Shown piece after piece: positions 1 through 12,464 of a stretch of DNA of 64,000 nucleotides. Each line of letters starts with the position of its first letter. Positions within the stretch are counted from its first letter, which is position 1. Source of the stretch: Klebsormidium nitens (Eukaryota > Plantae > Klebsormidiophyceae); NCBI GenBank assembly GCA_000708835.1, contig DF237205.1, forward strand, positions 56,601 to 120,600. Direction: 5' to 3'. A program made the translations under genes and the position numbers. The notes beneath the pieces were generated by a model that did not search any database, was not told where the DNA came from, and was given only the letters and a program-made list of their open reading frames with translations.

Positions 1-259
1 CCCTTAGTACCAGACACCCCGTTGCAAGAAGAGCACAAACGACCAGGTCTTGAGTTTGGGAGTCAGCTCAGGCAGGAAAAATGCGAGCAAACGGAGCTCA
101 TAGCAAGGACGAATTCCATACGGAGGTAGCATTCCGGCTCATGGACTAAGACCTCAAAGGGGGGACTTTGCCAAATGGCACGTGGCACTGCATAAGCAGC
201 ACCACTACCCAACAGAACAGGAGAGAACAAAGGCAGTACCGATCAGAACCGTCGCTTAC

Positions 260-3200
260 CTGGCAGTCCATAAGTAAGCAATCAAACGCCCGGGCCTTTC
301 CCCCCGTCTCCTCAATCTCGGTCCCCGACGCCTCAGGGAGACTCCGTTCGCTTTCCCCCGACCAGTCGCTCCCGACCCCAACAATTCTCGGGGGGATTTC
401 CGACCCCGGATTCTCGTCTTGCCTCCCCAAAGCGACAAGGCCCAACGTTTTCAACCGTTCGCTTCCACGTGGCATGCTTCTCGCGACGGCCTCGACGGCG
501 AGCCTGCCGTTGTCGACCGCAACCACCTCCGCGCCTAGTTTCGTCAGCAGCGTCACCTGCAGTGACGACAACTCACGTCACTCTTCATAAACGTCCTCTC
601 CGAAAGCTGTCCCAACCGCTGAAGACCGGAGAGGTCACAAGATCCTGGGAGAAGGGTCATGAGAAGAAAGGTTCCCGTCTCATTCCAGGCTTATAAAGCC
701 GGGGTACAATTGGTCGTAAAGAAGACCTGAGTCCCGGAGAATGCTCGATGACAACACCAATTGCTGCACAGCATTTGCACAGAGTTGCTTTTCCCCTCGA
801 CGGCCAATCCCACTGTAGCAGCTTCCATACTTTCTCAGATCCTAGAGAAGTTCGCCCTTGAAAGGTCTTGGATCAGTCAGATCCTGAGGCCTGACTTCGG
901 CTATCAATGCAAGCGGAATGAAAGAAGGTGCGCATAAGGAGCAAGGGAGATTGGAAACCGGACTTGCAAGCCTTTGCAAGACTGACAACCTGCTGAAATT
1001 CTCACAACGTAAGGCTTGACAGAAACAGGTGGCGTGAATGAAACGACCACCTCCTTACCTGGCAAAACAAGGATGCTTGAGTGAGACCTCACTTCTAACC
1101 GCTATAGGACGGGCGTGTCTTACAGCAACTAAGGCTGCTTGAGTGAGACCTCACTTCTAACCGCTATAGGACGGGCGTGTCTTACAGCATTTAAGATGTC
1201 AAAAACGGATGCGAATCGATGAATCCGAGAATCACCTCTTTGCAGACCAGAAAAGGGGCGTTTTAAGTGAAATCCTCACCGCTAACCGCTGTAGGACGGG
1301 CGTGTCTTCAGCAACTAGAATGTGGAGACCCTGGAGCGCCTTCGCCGAGAGCGGCAGGATCGGCGGGCTCTTGCGGGCCGTCGCTTTTGGCGTCGCCTGC
1401 TCGGGGCTGGACTTGGCGCCCGGGTCGGGGTTCTGCGCGCTGGCAGAACGCCTGCAAGAGTGGGCAGAATGTCAGAAAGGCCAATGCTATAGTGAGAACG
1501 TCGTGGTACCAGGGGTGTCGATTGAGGGTTTCGTGTCATGAACTTCTACGGATTGAAGCTTTCGGCGTTGGCTGCGCGGGGCTGGACTTGGCGCCCGGAT
1601 CCGAATTCTGGGCGCTGGCAGAAAGCCTGCAGAAGTTTTGGCGTGGATGATTAAGGTTCGGAACAGGCTATCATTTGTCAAGAAAAAGACATCGTTTTCA
1701 GCTTAGCGGGGGTGGTGAGAAGTATGATGATCCTGCGGGTTTCAATTCAATGTGAACACTGCTGCTAAAAGAGCGCCCAGGGTCGGGGTTCTGCGCGCAG
1801 GCAGAACGCCTGCGAGAGAGGGCAGGATGTGGGATAAGGCAATTCTATTTCGCAGAATCAAGAGCGCGTGGTATTAGGAGCTTCTAAGATCGGGACTACG
1901 TATGAGAGCACCTGGGCGCTGATCGAACGCCAGCAAGGTTTTTGAGGTTGCAAATCATTCGCAGGCTGTCCTCATACGCTGAAGTACGTCTTTTTCCAAC
2001 ATAGCCGAGGGCGGTGAGCAGTGGTTACATACAAAGACCAACTATTGCACTCAAAGGGACCCTCACCCTGGCAGAAATGAATCACGCCTTCCTCTCGTCC
2101 AGTACGGAGATCACAAACTGCCTATAAAGGTTCTGTGAATTGAAAAGAAGCGGACTCTTGTAACAAAGACAAAGTTTCTCCGCACATTTGCAATCAGAAC
2201 AGACCGTACAGGCTACTTACCTATGCACTGGGTTCGCCTTCTGCTCAACCGCACCCCCTAGCGGCCCGCTCGAAGTCCGCATCTCTAACAACTTCGGCGC
2301 ACCCCCCGTCTCCCCGAGCTGCGGAGACCCCCCCGAACCGTCGAAACTCTTGGCGCTCTCGCCCCCGGGGCTCTCCTTTGCAGGAGCCAGCGACGACGAA
2401 GAGCCGCTCTGCCGTAAGGCAGTCACCAGGGACGGGGACGAGAACGCTGACGTCACGATGGGCGTCACCGGGCTGATCTCGGGCGAGGGGGAACTAGAGC
2501 GGGCGAACTTCGGGTCCTCCAGCTCGCTGATCGACTCCCGGACGGTCGGGCCCGGGAGCCTGTCGGTAGGGGATAGCTTATCGGACATAGCCCCCCGGGT
2601 GAGGCCCCGGAAGCCGCGGGGGTACTCGTCAGCACTGCTCTGGCTGCTGACGCCGGAGGATTGCGAGCGCAGGAGAGTGTCGTACGAGGACGAAGACGCG
2701 AAGCTGGACGACTTATTGAGGCTCCCGAGCACCGAGAACTGGTTCAGAGGCCCGCTTCCCACCGCAGAGGACGGGTTTGAGTCGTCCGACGGGGCAGCCG
2801 GGAATGCCTCGGTCGCACTGAGGGGCGACGGTTCACCCTCCAGGTAAAACGCAAAGTTCGAGTCCGGGCTCGTTTCGCTCTCTTTCCTGTGCGGCGTGAA
2901 CGGCGGCGAAAACTCGGGGATGTCGATGCTGAGGCTTATGGTCCTCTCGGGGGGAGCGAACCCCCCCGGTTCCAGCCCCCCGGAAGGAGACTCTGCTACC
3001 GAGGAGCTCGCGTCCTTGGCCCCGGAGCTGGTCATGGTTCCCGAGGGAGAGGTGCTCCAACTCTGCGGCTCGGACTCGGGGTTTGAGGGTTTGGCGGGGA
3101 TGGGCGCGCGCGCGCCGCGGTTGTCAAAAAAGCTCCACGAAAGGGCCCCGTCAATCTGGTGCTTCGCCAGGTCCGCCTGCACCTCCAGGGGGAGGGTTCG

Positions 3201-6200
3201 CCCCTGGATTGACCCCCCCATGCGGAAGAAGTCCGTCGAGGGAGTGCGCCCGTCGCCCACAGGTGGGGAGCGCACGTCCAGGGGGGGGAACGCCGCCGGG
3301 TATTCGCCTGGTGACGTTACATTCAGAGTTGGCGGCTCGGCGAGGGCGTCGTTAAGCATCTTCACCAGCTTCTGAAGGCGGGTGGGGTAGAGCGGTTTGC
3401 CGACTTTGATCGGGAACCCTGTTCTGGACAGAAAGTGCCGCATCGCGCTTGGGGTGGTCGTCTCGATGAGCCAGCCCACCGCGATCTTAACCGGCTCGCT
3501 TTTCCGCCGCTCCTCGTTCGCCTCCGCCTGATTTGCCGCCCAGTCGACCCTCGCCCTTTGATTGAAATACAAGAGTTCCTTCAGGCCAGTCAGCTTAGCG
3601 CTGGGGGACTGCCCCGGAGGACTGTTCTCTGCGTTCTTCAGCAGGTCGATGTCTAGAATCACGAGCAGCTCGTCCGGACGCTCTGGGCCCTCTAAAGGAT
3701 TCGACATCCCCTGCTGCAGAGCCCCTGCGGAGGGGACTTCTAACGGTTCTGAAAAGACCGTCCGCTTGAGGAACGCAAACGCGGCGCTCCAGTCCTCGCA
3801 CTCCACGGTAGCATACCCGTTCTTTTCCAACCACGCTTTCGCCAATCCCCGCCCCAAAGCGCCCGGAATCCCCAACACGACTGAGCGCCGCACGATGGAA
3901 ACGGCCTCCGCAACCGCAGCGCCGCCGGAAATGCCCTCTAGCCCCGAGACAATGGGCGCCAGCTGTCGCTCGTCTGTTCTGACATCTGGCACCTTCAACG
4001 CGCCGCCAGCTGTTGGCCGCAAAGGCTCAATCGCGGATAGCGTCCGAACCAGCGGATGGGGGGGCATGACCCCCCCGCTTTTCTGCGCCCCCCCTGCGCT
4101 CCTCGACAGAAGCCCTAGCTGCGCGTCAAAGCTCCTCAGCCTAGACCGCCCGCGCTCACTATCCCCAGGACTCGACGGGTTAAATGCTAACCCCGCTTCT
4201 ACAGCCCGCGGGCTGGTCGGGTCGGAGCCAAACCCCCTCTCTAACCAGGCCTCGTCCCCCGGGCTCTGAAGCCGTTGCTTGCGCTTCCCCCGTCCACCGA
4301 AAAAGCCGTCCCCGCCCTTCCCGTCGTCGCACGCCGTTTCTCCGGCGCTGCCAGCTGTCGGCAAGTCAATCGTCAGCAGCGCGTGCTCGGGGCTCAGGCG
4401 GAAGCTGGTGCATGAGCTGTTGGACTTGCGGGGGGCCTCGAAAACTAGATCGAAGCGGATCAGAGTGCCGGGGCCGTTCTTATCTAAGATGGCGATCTTT
4501 CCCCCCATCATTTGCACGAGCGAGCGCGTGATACCGAGCCCCAAACCCGAGCCGCCGTACAGCCGGGTGGAACTGGGGTCGGCTTGGACGAAGGACTCAA
4601 AGACGGACTCGCGCTTGTCGAAAGGAATCCCTGCAAGTCAACATCGGTTTGACGGCTTCAATGACGGGTTTGAGCGGCTTTTGCACGGTTTCGGAGGCGA
4701 ATCTGAGGCGGACTCGGGAAGGTTCTAGATGTATGTTATAGCCCGGTCCGGCAGAGATGCGAGCACAGCAGTGACAGGCTCAGTCCAATAACCCTAAAGT
4801 CCTACCGCAACTGGGAACATTGCCTGCGTCCGTCTCCGACGTCGACTTTGAACGCTCCAGGGCAAAAGGTGCTTGACTCGGCACTCCCAGTCAATCCAGT
4901 GTAGATAAGCTCTCGCCCAGCATCGACTGAAAGCGTGTACCCTCCCTACCCTACTCGGATAAATAAAGAAAACAGCAGGATAAAGTGGTCGAATCTGAAG
5001 CGTTTCAAGCGGTTCGTTGAAACAGCTTCAGTCTGAGATTGACCCCTTGACGTTTCCAATGATAGAGTACAAACGACCCTTACCAGTGCCCGTGTCTTCC
5101 ACTTCAAAGAAGAGGCGCACACGACGGGGCTCGCCAGCAGAGTCCCTCCGGAACGAACCGCTGTGTTGAGGAGTGGTAGTTGCGCTCCCTTTGGATTGCA
5201 CCGGCTCCTCGACAGGGGCGTCAACCGGCTCCTCCCAACACCGGACGACCAGATGCCCGGTCTGCATTTATCCAAAAGTTGGTCAGAATGATGATTCAGA
5301 AGCGACTCTTGCGCCAGTGTGGCCCGAGTGGCAGTCCGCAAATACTTCTACTGCGCCGCTCGCGGATTTCATAGTTCTTCGGCCGTGTTTAGTCTGCACA
5401 TTTTGCATACTGGTGCTTGATGCACGCTGCCCTCAGGGGAGTCACCCGCCTAAAACAATCCGATAACGGAACTAAAGAGGCGTACTAATAGTGGAACTGG
5501 TCTTCCAGAGACAAGACAAGTCGACCAAGCACTCTGTCTACACGCAAATGCAAAAGGTGGCACGACAGACCAGAATGAGGGACGTCAAGCTTTTGCAAGT
5601 CGAGCTGACTGAACGGCACAAACGGCAATCGGATTGCTTGCTTCCGACGGTAACGAACACAACGAAGCGTGCACTGGAGACAATCGCCAAAATAGCCTGA
5701 TGAAGCTGTCTGATCGCTTTTACAGACAATAGAGCTCTTTGTGTTGGATGCACACGGGTGGCGGATGCTGACAGGCATGGAGGAGAGAAGCACAAAAACC
5801 GTTCGCTGACAGGCACGGAGGAGAGAAGCACAAAAAGCGTTCGCTTGCCTTCGTGAACTTGATCGAGTTGCTGATGAGGTTGGAGAAGATCTGCCGCACA
5901 CGTGCCGAGTCACCCCGCACCGTGCACTCCACCGAGTCTGAACAAGGGAGCGCGACATAAGGCAGAAGATCCGTGATAATGCTGAACTGAAAATGTGCAT
6001 ATGAGAGATCGGAGACTTCACCACAAGTACACAGAAGGGCTACTAACTAGCTGCGCATGAAAAGCTTCGAATTTCCGCTCTCAGAAGAGTTAACGAGAAA
6101 CAGATTTCAGATTAAATGTGACGTTAGGAACGTTGACAATGATATAAGACAACAAAACCATCCCTGCCGAGACGAGGCAGACAGATTGTCAATCTTAGTG

Positions 6201-9200
6201 AACAAGAGAACGGTCTGCCCCCGTAGTCTCCAGTCTCCATCAAGAATAATCGCCCAAACCACAATTGGAGGTCCAACCTCGACAACTATTGAGGCTGGCA
6301 CATACCTGGAAGGTCCAGACCGATTTCAATCCCTTTCCCCAAGCACTGTACGGCAAACAAATCCACTAGGGACTCGAGTTCCGCCCCCAGGTCAAACTCC
6401 TCCGAAGCCAGCGTCATTTTACCCGCCTCAATCTGCAAGCGACATGTGTCACGAAATGATTTGGAAGCATTCATTAGTTACAGACCTACTTTCATGAACT
6501 GGACAAAGAAACTCTTACTAACACAACACAGGCAAATCCGCGGATCACGATGGAAACAACAAGCAAAGACAGAGAGCTCACATCCAGAGCATTTTGTCTA
6601 ATCCTAACCCTCAGTCATGAAGACACCAGGCTCCTTCCGCAGGTTCGATAACTTGATACCTAAAAGAAGAGAAGTGACAAAACGACTGCAGATGTGTTAA
6701 CGTTTTACCTGAAAATAGAAAAAGGGCAAAGGGATTAAGACGACACACAAAGAAGTTAAGGCACACAAGCCACCGCTCAGGTCACTTACCTTTTCCAGAT
6801 CAAGTACGTCGTTCAGAAGCCCCAGAAGGGACGTCGCGCACTGCTTGATCTGGATCAGGTTCAGCTCTTGCTCCACCGTCAACTCGTCCGCCAGCAGAAT
6901 GTCCAGCAGCCCAATGATGCCCGCCATTGGCGTGCGCAGCTCGTGACTGCATATGAGCAGTACATTTCACATTTCTTGTAAGTGAAAACGGCGTTCCCCT
7001 TGCGAGTTGAATACAGGATATTTCTGCACTCTAGTCTTGTCTGACAGGTAAGAATTGGGTACCATAAAGAGGCGCCCACAATTGCACAACGAATTACTAT
7101 CTTTTGCTGGCGTCCCAGCAGAAAAATACTCCGATTTGTTACATGTGTACTGATCCATGATGTCATTTGGCAGAATTTACCTTCAAACAATTGTTTCAAA
7201 GTCAAAGTGCCACATGCAAAGCTTTGGAGGGGCCTTGCAGTCCTGAGGCGGGTGTCAAGAAGCTGATCAATGTGACACACACAGTAGAACGTGCACCATG
7301 CTCATAAGCTTTCCAAAGGGAGAGACACTGAGCGACCACATCTCAAAGGGACCAGGACGAGAACAAGTAACTTCAAAACAAGCCAAGATAAGCAACGACG
7401 CGTGCTCAGTGCTATGTGTCTGCATGAGGACAATCCAGGGGCATGCTACAGTATGTAGCGGTATTTGCACCACAACAGGGTGACTAAAGCGCACCAAAAT
7501 GGTCAATGTAAATAAGCTCAGGTATATCTTACCTCATGTTTGCCAGGAACCTGCTCTTGGTCTCGCTGCGCGCCTCCGCCTGCTTCCGCGCATTCAGCTG
7601 CTGCACCAGCGCTAACCGCAGTTGGAACTCCCGGCTAACCCGCCCCGTAAACAGGCACACTAACCCAAACCCGATCAAGGTTATCCCCACCGTTACCCCC
7701 ACGATAATCGCAATCGCGATGCGCGTTTTCCGGTCGATAGAACCCATGATTAGCGATCGAGGGATGATGACTACTGCCCGCAAGGTTAGGGTTTTGTATG
7801 TGAAGGTCAACACGTCCAGGGAGTAAGTACCCCCTCCGAGATGAACGTCCTTGAATGCAGCCGACACGTTTCCAGGAGACGTCCCCAGCTTTGCCGTCAA
7901 AAAGTTCGCGGCATCGCGCACTGGGGCAACTTTACTTTGGGACGGGGCTAAGGAATTGAGGGTGGAGTTGTCCTGCTGCAACAAGATCGGGATGCCAAAA
8001 GAGTCCGCCAACATGATTGATTTGTTGGTGACGTAGAGATAGCCACCCCCCAGCGGAATGGCCGCCAGATACGTGCTGAGGTCGCTCAGATACTGCATCA
8101 CAAACGCCTCCCCCAGAAAGTTGCCGAAGCGATCCAACACCCGCCGACTTTGAATGAGCGCCGGGCGCCCGTTCGGGTTCACAAACACGACGTACGCCAT
8201 CCTGTCGGTAGAGTCTCGCGCTTGGATGTACCATGGGTAATCACGCATGTCAATGGGGGGAGAAGTCTGCACTGCGGCGCTCAGGGGGGCTTGGGTAGTG
8301 GCGTTTAACAGCTGGCGGTAAGACGTGAATTCCCCGGAGACGGGGATCGATGCGTTGACGGACGTGTATTGGGTAATGTTGGAGGTAGTGGCTTCCACGT
8401 TGGAGTCATCGAGCAGGGCTTGGTAGAAGGAGTAGGTACCGTCGGGCCTGATCCACCCCGTACCAGAAATGGCGCCACAGCCGCCGAGTGAGAACCAGGC
8501 AGATGCGTCTGCTTGCAACTGCGGGAAGGGAGAAGGCCTCCAGGGTTTGCAAAAAGACAGACGGGGCACATGATAGGGTGAAAGACTGCAATCGTTTCAG
8601 GAGGGGTCGACAGGTCCCCAAGTGCTCAGCCTTGAGGTACGAACAACGAGAGGTTCTTCAGCAAACCTGAGCTCCATCAGGAAAGGGTGCCTAGAAACCC
8701 CAGAAGCCACTCTTTCAGGGGAAAGGGAGTCTACACTGCAAAGTGAAACCCTTACTTTGAGATACTTCTGTAGCTGGTTCACTGAATAGCGGAGCGAAAA
8801 CCAGAGATGCTGCCTGCCCTTGTTACCCCTGCAAAATCCCCTCATGTTTGCTAACTTGTGCACCAGTACGGGTATGTATCCCCTTCCTCAACCACAATTT
8901 CCCCCCCGAGCCCCCTTGCGCATTCTGCCTTTTCCTTGTCCCTGAATCGCCTCACTTTGCTCTCCCAGGAAACTAACGACGCTTTGCTCTTCTGCGATCA
9001 CAGTCAGCCGCTGCGAACCTATGCCTACACTTTGCTGCAAGGTAGAAGAACTGGCACCTACTAATGAGCGCCTCCTCAAATGGACCAGAACAGCACCCCA
9101 CCAGCCCTCGTACTCTTTCCCCAGGCCCAGCACAACCCCTCAATTTCCAGCCCTCGCTGACCATCATACAGAAATGCCAACTCAAAATGTACAATTGATG

Positions 9201-11042
9201 GTAAAATGTACAATAATATGACATCCGAGGCATGTGCATCTTAAGAGGCATGTGCAACCCCACACAAACCCCCCACATAGCCCCCACCCCAGAACGTCTA
9301 CTATGTTTGGTCTCTTCCCAACTCCAAATGGGCCAACACTTGCGCCAGCCTTGAACAAGAAAGCAAGTGTGGCCCACTGAGATATTGCTCTCTGTTGTTT
9401 ATCAGTCCCGAAGAACATTTACAGCAGAGCAGTTCAAGATTAGGACCCACCTTCTGGAGCTGCGTGCTGACATTCTGCTGAGTCCAGACGCTGACGAGGA
9501 CCGTCTCAAGCGTGGTCACACAGCGGCCCCCCTCGTCTAGTTGCACGTTGAGCCGCTCCACGGTGCGGTTAAGAATACCGCTCCTAACCAGGGAGCCTAA
9601 CCGGTCCACCTGGCTGGTAAGGCTGTCCTTTGCCAAGAAGAAAGCGACGAGCGCAACGGCCGCCAGGAAGATAGCCAGCATCGCCTGGAAGAGATTTACA
9701 CGAGCTCGTTAGACTGGAGGGTTTTAGAAACAACTGTCAGAAACAGCAGGGTTGCACAAGCAAATCAGAGCACAAGGCGATGCAAATTCTGCCAGAACCA
9801 GCAATGAAACATGCAATTTCCAAAAGCAGCTTGACGCAATCATGATTGCCATACGATGACCGTGGATTGCCAGACGCGAGTGAAAGGTGCTGTGACAACA
9901 TATGCTTCTTCTCCGGATCGTATCTGGGAGAAAAAGGAGAGGGTGCAGAAGATGCCGTAGAGGCAGCGTCGTAATCCCAAGTCAAAATGTTGCACAGAAA
10001 ATTGCAGGCATATTGTCCTGCTTTTAATCTGGAAGGGCAGCAGCGTTGCTTGATAATGGGGACCTCGTAATCCTACCAACCACAAGTGTGCTGCTAACCG
10101 ACCAGAGTAAGGTATTGGACCCCCTATTGAGACGAGAGCTTCTGCCACTGCCAGAACGACTAATACTCTCTTAGACCTCTGAAGAGCAAACCAGCAGCTT
10201 ACTCAAAAATCGAGTAGTGGGGCACCTTAGTCGCTGATGATACATGGCCATTGCGCAACCTTATTAATCCCAACCCTAGATGGAAGCGGAGGGCTTACCA
10301 ACAGAGAGTAGCATAAGGAGCATGTGCAGCTAACGAAGGGTCCTAATATGTGCTCCAACCAGTGTAACGTTGTGTCTGATGCTTGAAGCAAGGCAATGGA
10401 CAAGCAAGCAACGGTGCAAGAAAACGAAGCAAGCACTATTTGGAGAGTTATTGGAGAGCTCTGCTTGCAAACCAGACCCGTGCAGTTAGTTTGCTTTGCA
10501 ATCTCAAGCCGTTGGACAGGAGTGTAACAAGCTCCGATATTATGCAAAGCTTCCATCTCACACACGATCCAAAGTTGAGAAGATGGAACTTCAGGCATAC
10601 TCGGTCCACAGACGAGGGGACTCTTGTGCAGAAGCGACTCCCATGTAACCAAGCTGATACCTTTCAACATCATTACCTCTGCTCGGCAAAGATACAAAAA
10701 AGCATGGGGCACAGCATCGCACTTTCACAGGCTCTAAAGATCCATTCAATGCACTCTCTCTTGGGAGTCAAAACCAGAACAGGCCCTGGTTCAAAAAGAT
10801 GAAAACCCAGATGTGCCGGAACTTGGACAACTTGTCCTTGTCCAAAAAGGCAACAGTACGAACACCAAATGCCAAGGCTCCACACTCACCATAATTGCGG
10901 AGCGAACAAAAAGCACGCTTGAGACCTTCTTCCTCTCTGGCCGCTCCCTAGGAGACCCTTCCGGATCGAGCTCTGATGTAACATCCTTGGCCTCTGAGGG
11001 GGCGCGGTGACCCCCGACAGGGCCATCTCGACGAAAAAACAT
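260..11042 (-). CDS. Membrane-bound hybrid sensor histidine kinase (AHK1/CKI1-like: TM - dCache-like ectodomain - TM - HisKA - HATPase - pseudo-receiver - receiver); 3' end lies beyond the left edge
   Basis: Phase-consistent exons on the minus strand: 11042-10926 (start exon, least certain), 9923-9855, 9684-9451, 8518-7533, 6946-6790, 6432-6306, 5937-5849 (GC donor), 5261-5084, 4630-2221, 1451-1280, 556-260; about 1612 codons in the window. Motifs: H-box FLANMS|HELRTPMAGIIG, N-box RQIFSNLISNSIKFT, G1 FEVEDTGT|GIP, F-box VFESFVQAD, G2 GGSGLGLGI, receiver ILVAEDTPVLQRLA...FDCLLMDCQ. The MPxMDG continuation is not in the window. Confidence 0.93.
1075..1195 (-). repeat. Two 62-bp tandem copies of the 3' end plus donor of HK exon 1451-1280
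   Basis: gtgagacctcacttctaaccgctataggacgggcgtgtcttacagca occurs at 1081 and 1143. It matches exon/donor sequence at 1269-1320 (cctcaccgctaaccgctgtaggacgggcgtgtcttcagcaact). Confidence 0.9.
1556..1825 (-). repeat. Two degenerate copies of the acceptor plus 5' end of HK exon 1451-1280
   Basis: 1556-1632 matches 1380-1457 (ggggctggacttggcgcccgg...ttctg.gcgctggcagaa.gcctgca). 1781-1848 matches 1424-1490 (ggtcggggttctgcgcgc.ggcagaacgcctgc.agag.gggcag.atgt). Confidence 0.9.
5768..5843. repeat. 38-bp tandem repeat x2 in HK intron, adjacent to a GC donor
   Basis: ctgacaggcaYggaggagagaagcacaaaaaSCgttcg at 5768-5805 and 5806-5843; 2 mismatches between units. Confidence 0.9.
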
Positions 11043-12464
11043 CTCCCCAAACCTCAGAAAGTGCTCCTCTGAAACATTGCGACCAGCTGAAAATAAGCAC
11101 CTGATGAGCTTCCTAGCCGGGGACCTGCTGACCTGGTATAACCTTAAAAACCCTTCTGGATCTACCGTCTGCAATGCTTGTACTCCTTAACCTTCACCTT
11201 CCTAAGCGGCCATACTTGAAATGGGTGTTGTGATCCAGCATCTGAGCTCAGGACAGCGGGCATAGCAGCACAACGATGCTTGTCAGCCAGGAGTACTCCC
11301 TCATTTACGATGATGTCCTACTCCCAGACCACCAGTGTACCACATACACATTGCCCTGCAACTACCAGTACGCCGTACGCCCTAGCTGTTCAGGAGTCTC
11401 TCAAGTGCTTACCATTGCCTAGCTGACCTTCAAAAACTCCTCACTCCGAAGGTTCACAGCATCTTTGAGGAGAACCTTCTCAAACGCATGCTAGAAACGG
11501 TATCACAGGGGGTAAACAGGTCGATATCACCTTCAACTTCAAAACAACACGAGGAACGCCCTGCTCAGCTCACAAAACACGCCTCATTCTCACAAGGCTG
11601 TTGCCCTTCTTGAGAGCAGTGACGCGGGGTCAAACAACCTGCTCATTGCTCCATGACGAGCTCGATCAGATCATGATTCGCGAACTGGAGTTCCATTCCG
11701 AATAATTCGAGATTAGTTCGGAAGGGTGCCGCGGGCTGCAGCCGCCTGAGCAGTTAGGATACTTCCGCCGCCCGGTTGATCCTTAACTCGGTTTGCGTTG
11801 TCCACTGGAAACATAATCTTAACCCAATTTCTCCAATTTAACTCAACCCAAAATATGTTGTTCTCCGCAGAAGGACCCACCCCCGAGGCTCGAACTAGCT
11901 TCCGTTGACCAGAGGCTTGGTTGAACCTGGGTCAGGCCCGGGAGGAGGACTATGTAGTGTGTACCGGTAGTATGTACCGAACTCCGAAAAGAGCATAGAG
12001 AATTATATATGCAGCTGAATCTTAGATCATACGCGCTCGAAAGGCATTTGTGGCCGGGTTCTTTTATGGAGGTTTTCTAGATTTCAAATACGACGTCGTC
12101 TACTTTCTCGAATAAGGTTGCGCGTTGACCGAAAACCTACTTGGCCTCCAGTCTTGCCTTTGTAGCTTGTACCGAAAAGTGGGAGGTACGGTACTTTTCA
12201 GGACATATCAGCTGTCTGGTATGTACCTCTGGTGTCCACATGGATCTCAAACGCCATCCGATTGGCTAGAAGAAATCTGGAAAGGTTTTTAATTGCAGCG
12301 TTTCGGACCTCGGTCGACGCGCACCCTAAAGCAGTGTGATTTGGATTCGATTCACTCGGCTTCATTTGGAGATTATAGGATCATGGATGCCATCTTCGCT
12401 AATATGCACGAAGAAGCCGCCCGCGACTGAGGCCGCGGATTCCGAAAACCATGCCTCCAGGCAC

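Noticed and set aside
2188-4728. Long plus-strand ORFs (2188-2847, 2896-3375, 3562-4269, 4279-4728)
   Set aside because: Antisense shadows of the GC-rich HK exon; no independent motifs.
10227-10802. 139-161 aa ORFs on both strands
   Set aside because: They lie within the first HK intron, have non-ATG or weak starts, and show no recognisable content or splice-supported links.
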